A stretch of DNA of 64,000 nt, taken from positions 7,502,001-7,566,000 of the forward strand of contig JAWMAR010000023.1 of assembly GCA_036785375.1 (NCBI GenBank), in the 5' to 3' direction. The notes under the pieces are model-generated. The model did not search any database. It was given only the letters and a program-made list of their open reading frames with translations, and had not been told where the DNA came from. Positions 51,901 to 60,900 of the stretch are shown piece by piece (positions within the stretch are counted from its first letter, which is position 1; every line of letters starts with the position of its first letter). The stretch is from Leucoraja ocellata. Its lineage: Eukaryota. The position numbers were made by a program, and so were the translations under genes.

Positions 51901-54900
51901 TATACTCTTATGTTCTCCTGTTTGCGCCCATTATTATAGAATTAAACAACACAAATTAGGCCAATCAGTTTATCATGCCAGTACCTGCATTTTTGAACAA
52001 ACTTTCAAATCAGTCTCAAGCTTCTGGCTATGATCATACTGCCCTGCATTAGAATTGTGCATCTTTCATGTCGTATACAGCTACACAACAGAAACAGCAT
52101 TCCTGGTCATTTTGGGTTGCCAGCTCAACTACTGAATGTAAACACTGAACGCTACTTTGTCTCTCTAATATTTTAAGATGCTGTTTTGACAACACAGCCC
52201 AACAAGAAAAAAAAAAATTGTGACTTGATGCTCAGTAATGATGTCTTTTTATGGTTTGCAATGGAAATGCTGACGTAAAGAATAGGGCTGGGGGTAGCCA
52301 CAAAAATGTCACCAGCTGTTCAACAAGATCGCGGCTGGTCTGATCTTGTATTCAGCTTCCCCAAAATACTTGACACTCTGTGACACTGCAGATACTGCTG
52401 CTTCCTCTTAGCTCTAATAAACCACATTCAATCCTGGCCTTCTGTGCTGTCTGTGTGGAGTTCTCCTACAACCTTCGCTCCATAGATGCTGCTGCACCCG
52501 CTGAGTTTCTCCAGCAATTTTGTCTACCTTCTCCTACAACCAAGCAAGTTCCCTGGGTTCTGTTTCCACCTTTTCACTTATTACAGCCTTTGCTGTGCTT
52601 TTCCTCCCACATTTCGAAGATGGGTTGGTTGGCAGTTTAATTTGTTTCTGTAACGTTCCCACAGGGTCGTGGATGGTAACAGAATAATGGTGGAGTTGAT
52701 TAACAAGTGTACTTAAGTGGGGGGGAAGAAATTATTCTTAGAGCCAGTATACATTTGATAGATGAAAAAAAGGATTGTGGATGTTGGAACCTAGAACAAA
52801 AACAGAGCACCAGAATAACTCAGTGGGTTAAGCAACATGGTGGCGTGGCGGTAGAGTTGCTGACTTACAGCGCAAGAGACCCAGGTCAATCCTGATTACG
52901 GGTGCTGTCAGTACGGAGTTTGTACGTTCTCCCCGCGACCAGCTGGGTTTTCTTCAAGATCTGCGGCTTCCTCCCGCACTTCAAAGATGCACAGATTTTG
53001 TAGGTTAATTGATTGATTGATTAATGTAAAATTGTCCCCAGTGTGTGTAGAACAGTGTTCATGTGTGGGGATCGCTGGTTGGTGTGGACTCGGTGGGCCG
53101 AAGGGCCTGTTTCCGCGCTGTATCTGTAAACTAAACTAAAACATATGTGGAGGCAAAAAGACATATGTGTTGGCAATTTGAGTCGAAGCCCAATATCTGG
53201 ACAGAGAGAGAACAGGAAAGATTATCAATGTCTGGCAGTAATTCGGGGGTGGGGTGCATTGGAGGCAGGTAGGTGATGGAGGGAACAAGGTGGGGATGGA
53301 TGATGGGATCAAGTGGGGGGTGATGTTGATAAAAGCTGGTCAATGAGTGGTGGAGCCAGATGGGCAAGGGTTGGTGAACAGATGAAACCAGCTTGGTTGA
53401 CTGATGACCTCCTGTGTCATCAGGGAATATGACCGTATGTCTCATTAATTTGTGAACTAATACTGTTCAGACAGCTGTTCACTCTAAAAAAGGCAGTGCT
53501 GGAGTAACTCAGTGAGTCAGGCAGCATCTCTGGGAACAAGGATATGGTTGTTTTTGTAAATCAGCACTTTCGATAGGAAGTTAACTTAACAAATACGTTA
53601 GTACATTTCTGATTACCTCGCAGTTCCTAGCAAGGTTATTTTTTTAAGATTGAGTGAGCAACATTAAAAATGGGAGACTTAAACCTTTTTTTAAAAACAC
53701 GCAACTAAATCATGAAAGAATCTAAATGATTTCTGAAACCAAATCATAGATGAGAATGGTAATAATTTCATGAGCACAGTAACCATGGGTGTAAATCGGT
53801 ATGTAAATGTAAGGTATACATGTATTTTAATGTACATTTTCACACTTGATGCAGCTTGCAAGACTGCATCAGGCACTTTAACCATTTTCTAATCTGTCTG
53901 CAGTATCTGGGCGCAGCAGTGCCTATGGAGACACAACGGCCGAGGGACATCCTGCAGGTCCAGGCAGTGTCAGCTCCAGCACTGGAGCCATTAGTACCAC
54001 CACAGGGCAGCAGGAAGGTGAAGGTTCAGAAGGAGAAGTTGAAACAGATGGTGACCTGCATACAAGCAACCGGTGAGAAAGAAATCACAAAAGCAATAAA
54101 ATCCCAATGATGTGCATGTTTGTAGGGTGATTGGCCTCCATAAATTGCCCCTAAATTGTTGGGAGTAGTGGGAGTAAATCAGAACAGGCGTGGACCGGTG
54201 ATTGATGGTTGGCATGGACCCAGTATGCCAAAAGGCCTGTTTCAATCCTGTATCATAAAAACTAAAACTTTCAGGTAATTTTCACCATCCATCCGAAGTA
54301 GAGTGGGCCAGTGATGGTGCGTTGCATTTCATCTAGCCGTGACCTTCGGAGCATTTAAAATGTATATTAAAGTTGCAGAATAAATGATCCCTCTACCTCT
54401 CCTTATATAGGCTCCACATGGTGCGTCTGATGTTGCTCGAGAGACTTTTACAGCATTTGCCACAGCTTCGTCATGTCGGAGGAGTTCGAGCTATTCCTTA
54501 CATGCAGGTGAGCTCTCTTGAGTTTTTTCTAATTTTTACATGTTTGCGGGTGACACCAAACATTTTATTTTCTCTTAAATGGGTCAAGGAATTAACTGCT
54601 AGGTTGGAGATTAAAAATGATGAATGCATTGGCATTTGAAGTAATTACAGTAATATTAGGACATTAATGTCGTTTAGCAAGTAACAAAAGTTTTTCACTG
54701 TACCTCGGTACATGTGACAGTAAACTAAACTAAACTAAGAATATGAATGAAAGAATGCCATTAGTTCCTCTCAAAGACAGATCCATATTTCACCTTACAG
54801 CTTTCACCAAAACAATTAACGGCTATGGATTAAAGAAATAACTGGTGGGAATTTTGAATCGCTATCCTTGTTTCCTTTTACAGCTGGAAATACTTTTGGG

Positions 54901-57900
54901 GTGATTCCCCTGGATATTTTCAACCATCGTGCAGTCTGCATGATTCTGTGTTCAATGGCTTTACCTGCTTCCTTTGTCAGTTCCTTGATCATTCAGAAGC
55001 AGTCCGTGCGATAACTTCATTAGGTCGGTCAGATAGTGCCCTGTGGAAACACTGCATGACAAGTGATGGAGTAGATCAGGACTTTGGAGTTTAGAGGTTA
55101 GATCAGAACAGGACAATGAACAGTAAATTGATTGAGCATCTCTGGAGAACATGGATAGGTCTTGGAAAATGTTCTCAAGAAATGCTGCCTGACTCGCTGA
55201 GGTACTCTGGCACTTTGTGTCTTTTTGTTTTAAAGAGTAAATTAATAGGTGGTTGGCATGGAGGAAATTTGGCTTCGAGAATTGGGGAACAGTTTGAAAA
55301 TATGTTGAACTTGTACCTCGGTTTGTGTTATTGATGTTTTGAGTCTACACTGCATTTATCTGTCAGGTCATCTTAATGCTGACTGCTGATTTGGATGGAG
55401 AAGATGAGAAAGATAAAGGAGCCTTGGACAATTTGCTTTCCCAGCTAATTGCAGAACTGTGCATGGACAAAAAGGTAATGGTACTTCTGCAATCAATTTT
55501 TCCATTAAAATGTAAATTGTATTTTTCTTCTTTCAATATCATGCGAGCACCTCCCTGACTGCTGCTGCCACAGATGCAGCATTCAACAATAAATAGAAAG
55601 TCATCTAGATACCTTGCCTTCTGGAATCATTCTGCCCCCTCCCTCCAAAACATCTTTTTTTTCAAATTAGAATTAGCACAACTGAGCCATTGAACTGTTT
55701 TGAAATATACATGTTTAAACCTAACATTGCACGGCTGGTTAATACGATTAAAAATTATAAATATAATGATCCACAGATATCCATCCAATTAAAAATGCAG
55801 CAGTAGTTTGTGTAGAGCGAATTGTGCTGATCTGCACGGAATGAACTCTGTTCACAGGAACCGAGAGATTTGTGGGGTCATTTCTGGGCCATTCACAGTC
55901 GTCACAGGCTGAAATGTTGGCGTGAAAAGTTGTGACATTAAATTTAATATATGGAGGAATTTATCGATCAGTTTAAGAAAAGCAACCATAAAAGTCACCC
56001 ATTTCTGCCAAGAACCCAGTATAGGTTCTACTAACCTACTAATGCCCTTCAGGGAATGTAGGCTGGCAGCTCGGGCTGACTTGTTTTGATGTAAAGATAC
56101 ACCATGGAAACGGGACCTTGACCTCACTGAGTCCACACAGACCATCGACCACCCGTTCACACTGGGTTTATGTGATCCCACATTTGCATCCACTCTACAC
56201 ACTAAGGGCAATTAAAAAAAGGCCAATTAACCTACAAACCCACGCATTTTTGGGGATGGGAGGAAACTGGAGCACCTGAAATAAACCCATGTGATCACAG
56301 GGAGCGTGGAAACTCCACATTGTCAGGACTGAACCTGGGTCTCTGGCTTTGTGAGTCAGCAGCTCTACCAGCTGCGCCACTGTGCAGCCCTCAATTGCAC
56401 ACAATTCCAGTTCTACATAGCATGGTTAATGACGTGTGAAATGGTCCCGCACTACAATTAATCATTAAAAGATGCTAGATAGTTCCAAAATAAGAAAATG
56501 GCACGATTGTCACCACCAGATGAAGGCTGTGGGGGATGGGCAGTCAGTGCATCTTTCTAATTCCACCTACTCTCAAGTATAAGTGAAGATGTTCAGAATT
56601 TCAATTTCTTTGTTGCTTACTGGTTACTATTTTTGCCAGGATGTTTCGAAGAAGAACGATCGCAGTCCACTGAATGAAGTGCATTTGGTGATCATGAGAC
56701 TTCTCAGTGTTTTTATGTCCCGAACTAAATCAGGCTCAAAATCAGCTTCTGAGGTAAGTAAGTCACTGCTGTGCACTGCAAATATCAATTCATATAAATG
56801 TTCTTGTTTCTTTTAATGAAATAAGTTGCATCTGTTTTGTTTATGTGTGGTCTTCAAAATGTGTCGTATTCAGAGTCTGCGATAGAAAGTAATTATTTTC
56901 ATACCTGCAGTCGTCATCGTTGATCTCCAATGCTACGGCCACCGCACTGTTGAGTTCAGGAGCCATCGACTATTGTCTTCACGTTCTTAAATCATTGTTG
57001 GATTACTGGAAAACACAACAGGGTGAGGAGGAAGCCGTGGCCACAAGCCAGCTCCTGAAGCCACACACGTCATCCTCACCACCAGACATGAGCCCGTTTT
57101 TCCTGCGACAATATGTGAAGGTAAATAACAAGCCCCCTTGTTGAGTCTCAAGTCAGCCAACAATAAAAGTAGAGGTGGGTAGGAAAAAACTGCAGGTGCT
57201 GGTTTAAATCGAAGGTAGCCACAAAATGCTGGAGTAACTCAGCGGGACAGGCAGCATCTCTGGAGAGAAGGAATGGGTGACGTTTCCGGTTGAGACCCTT
57301 CTTCTGACTGAACGTCACCCATTCCTTCTCTCTAGTAAACGTAGAGGTGTAATACTTTGAAGATAGTAAATAAAATTCCAGTTCTGGATTTGGGATAACT
57401 CTAGCGCAGAAGTATTTTGACACGTATAAAATATGAAGATGATATGTAATAGCAGAAAGGATAAGATGTCGACATTCTGTTTATGGAGACACAGGGAGCT
57501 GGTGATACTGGATTCTTGAGTTAAGCACAAAGTGCTGGAGGAAAACAGCGGGGCAGGTCAGGCAGCATCTGTGGAGGGCACGGACAGGCAATGTTTTGGG
57601 GTGGGACCCATCTTGAGACAGATTGTAATATGATTGGTTTATGTGACAGATGCGCAGTAATTTCATTAATTTTTGCTTCACAAGGTTTAAAATTCTTCAT
57701 AAATGCCTGTTGTTTTTTCCAGGGGCATGCTGCAGATGTGTTTGAGGCTTACTCACAGCTCTTGACTGAAATGGTGCTGAGATTACCGTACCAAATAAAG
57801 AAGATTGCAGATGCAAACTCTCGGATCCCCCCGCCTATTTTCGACCATTCTTGGTTCTACTTCCTGTCTGAAGTAAGCACCTGTTCGCATCCGGTAACGC

Positions 57901-60900
57901 GGTCGTGTGCGTGCCTGTCTGTGTACGCTTCGATGTACGGTACAGTTGCCGAGTTCCTTTAACAGTGACCGTTTCCTCCTGTTTCAGTATCTCATGATCC
58001 AGCAGACTCCGTTCGTGCGTCGCCAAGTCCGCAAACTCCTGTTGTTCATTTGCGGCTCAAAGGAAAAGTACCGTCAGCTGCGTGACCTGCACACGCTCGA
58101 CTCCCATGTTCGAGGAATTAAACGGCTGCTGGAGGAACAGGGAATCCACCTGCGAGGTGGCATTGTCACAGCTTCATCAGGATCCGCCCTGCAGTACGAT
58201 ACACTCATCAGCCTGGTGAGTTGTGGCTGATCACCAGTCATCCTGTTGGCAACATACCAAACTCTGAAAATAATCCTTGATTTTCTGCAAACACATTAAA
58301 ATGTGTCATTGCGTTTGCTCTATTATATTCTTACTACATGGAAACCTGCCCTTTGGCACAACTCATCCATGACAACCAAGATGCCCCATCTACGCTAGTC
58401 CCACCTGCCCATATCCCTCTAAACATTTCCTATCTGCCCCTGTCCAAAAGTAGTTTAAATGTTATAGTACCTGCCTTAACTACCCCCTCTGGCTGCTCAT
58501 TTCATCTACCCATCACCCTCTGTGTGAAAAGGTTGCCCCTCAGATTCCTATTAAATCTTTCCCCTCTCACCTTAAACCTATGTCCTCTGATTCTTGATTC
58601 CCATACTCTGGGTAAAAGACTCTGTGCCTTCACCCTATTTATTCCTCTCATGATCTTCTGCACTTCAAATAGATCACCCCTCAGCTACCTGCGCTCCAAG
58701 GAATGAAGTACTAGCCTGTTCGACCTTTCCCTAAAGCCTAGGATCCCAAGTCCTGGCAGCACCTTATTTGCCCTCTCTGTGGCTTAACAACATCCAATGC
58801 ATTGGGAATATTGTGTTATCTTCCACAAGTCATATTTCTGAACAATGTTATTTGGTAAATTACTTTTACTCGACCTATGTAAGTTGTCATTTTTTGTTTC
58901 AATCAAAACATCTTTCTATTAATTCAATACCTCTGTCCCTCACAGATGGAGCATTTAAAGGCCTGTGCTGAGATTGCCAGCCAGCGGACTGTGAACTGGC
59001 AGAAATTTTGCCTCAAGGACGATTGTATGTATAACCTTTCAACATTGAAATGTTTGATTGAACTCAGCAAATAATTCCTGGTATCTTGTGCTAGACAGAC
59101 CTTCCTTCATGTCACAGACCATTCCTTCTTGAACATTAACCTCAGCTATGAACTGTCTTTGGTTGCATTAAGGACCTAGTGGGGGGGTTTGCACTAGTAT
59201 TGGGGTTATTAATTGAATGTTTACTTTTATATTATTTGTCTATTGTGTTTACAGACCCCATTTGCCCCAAAAGGATATTGTGGTTCCATTGTAGGTGGCA
59301 TATGCCAAACACTCTTGACACTTCAGTTTCACGATTGCATTATCTTTGAAGTCCACTGTAAACCCTGCTGTTCCCGGGACATGTCACCAGGGTGTTGCCT
59401 GTGTGGTTGTGAGTCGTCTCCTCAGTTGCCCAAAGAGTCGGAGCGTCTTTCAGGTCGCCGCTGGATTTTCAACATGTTGATCATTTTCGGCGACCTGCAA
59501 CGACCTATGACGGGTGCCGGCAGTCGCTGAAAAAGTCGCGCAAGTGGGACAGGCCCGTAAGAGAGTACTGGAGATCTTGAGGGACGAAGGAGAAGGAAAG
59601 TCTAGTTTGGAGAAAGACCACTTTTCCCAGTTGTCAGACTTCCCTGATCAAGTGTTGTGGTCCACGGCATCATAGTTAACACAAACTAAAGCTGCACATA
59701 ATTGCGTGTGGAGCCCGAGCTCGTCTAATTCACACAATAAACCTTTTTTTAATCGAGGTGCAGTGCCCACTCCTCATGGTCTTTAATATTCCATTTGTCT
59801 ACAAGCGCCTCTTCTTCTGTTCAAACAGTTAATAATCAGGGACTTTAATAAAAATTAAACACAGAATACACACACTTTTGTGTTTAAGAAGGAACTGCAG
59901 ATGCTGGAAAATCGAAGGTAGACATAAGTGCTGGAGAAACTCAGTGGGTGCAGCAGCATCTATGGAGCGAAGGAAAAACCTTTGGGTTTCGGCCCGAAAC
60001 GTTGCCTATTTCCTTCGCTCCATAGATGCTGCTGCACCCGCTGAGTTTCTCCAGCACTTTTGAATACACACACTTAATTACTTTAAAATATGAATGCAAA
60101 TATTCGATAGTGTGCAACATTCCTGGAATACATTTATTATCCTGAACCACGATTGAGTTTTGCTGGTATTATTCTTTATGTTGGTAATTTAAGTCCGTCA
60201 AGTAAATAAAATAGTTCTGAAAGTGTTTCTCTCTTTTGTTCCTCCACAGCCGTTCTGTATTTCTTACTGCAGGTCAGTTTCCTCGTGGATGAAGGGGTGT
60301 CCCCGGTTCTCCTCCAGTTGCTTTCCTGTGCATTATGTGGCAGTAAGGTGGCCTCCACGACAACATCCAGCAGCACAGGGGGCGCCGGGACAGCCGCAGG
60401 CTCCTCCACCTCGGGACAGTCTGGATCCCAGTCCAAATCGTCCAGCAAAAAGAGCAGGAAGGAGGAGCGGGAGAAGGAGAAGGATGGTATGCTGATGTAT
60501 CTTACTACAAATCATTATCCACAGCATGTTGCCCTTATATCAGTAACACTCTTTTTAGAGTTAATAATTCAAAAGGCTGAACTGATAATAGGACACAAAT
60601 TCAAATAACACCTTGATTGTGGGGGAATTTAACTTATTTAATTAAATAATCTGGAATAAAAACAAATTAGTGGTAGTGTGTATGAAGCTGTGAGATTTTT
60701 GCTAAATACCACCAGGTTCACTAAAAGTCACAGAGCTGTACATTGCAGAAACGGGCCCTTCAGCCCACCATGTCCATACTGAGCTAATTCCATTCACCTT
60801 CATTTGGCCTTTACCTTTCCTATTCATATCTGTCTAAAAGTCTTTACTATGTATGATTTCAGGCCCACAATATGATTAACGCTTAACAGCTCGACAAATT

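Noticed and set aside
29068-60150. Recurrent ORF peptides such as [21 protein letters not shown] and [16 protein letters not shown]
   Set aside because: They are translations of the non-coding fold-back repeat, not a gene family.
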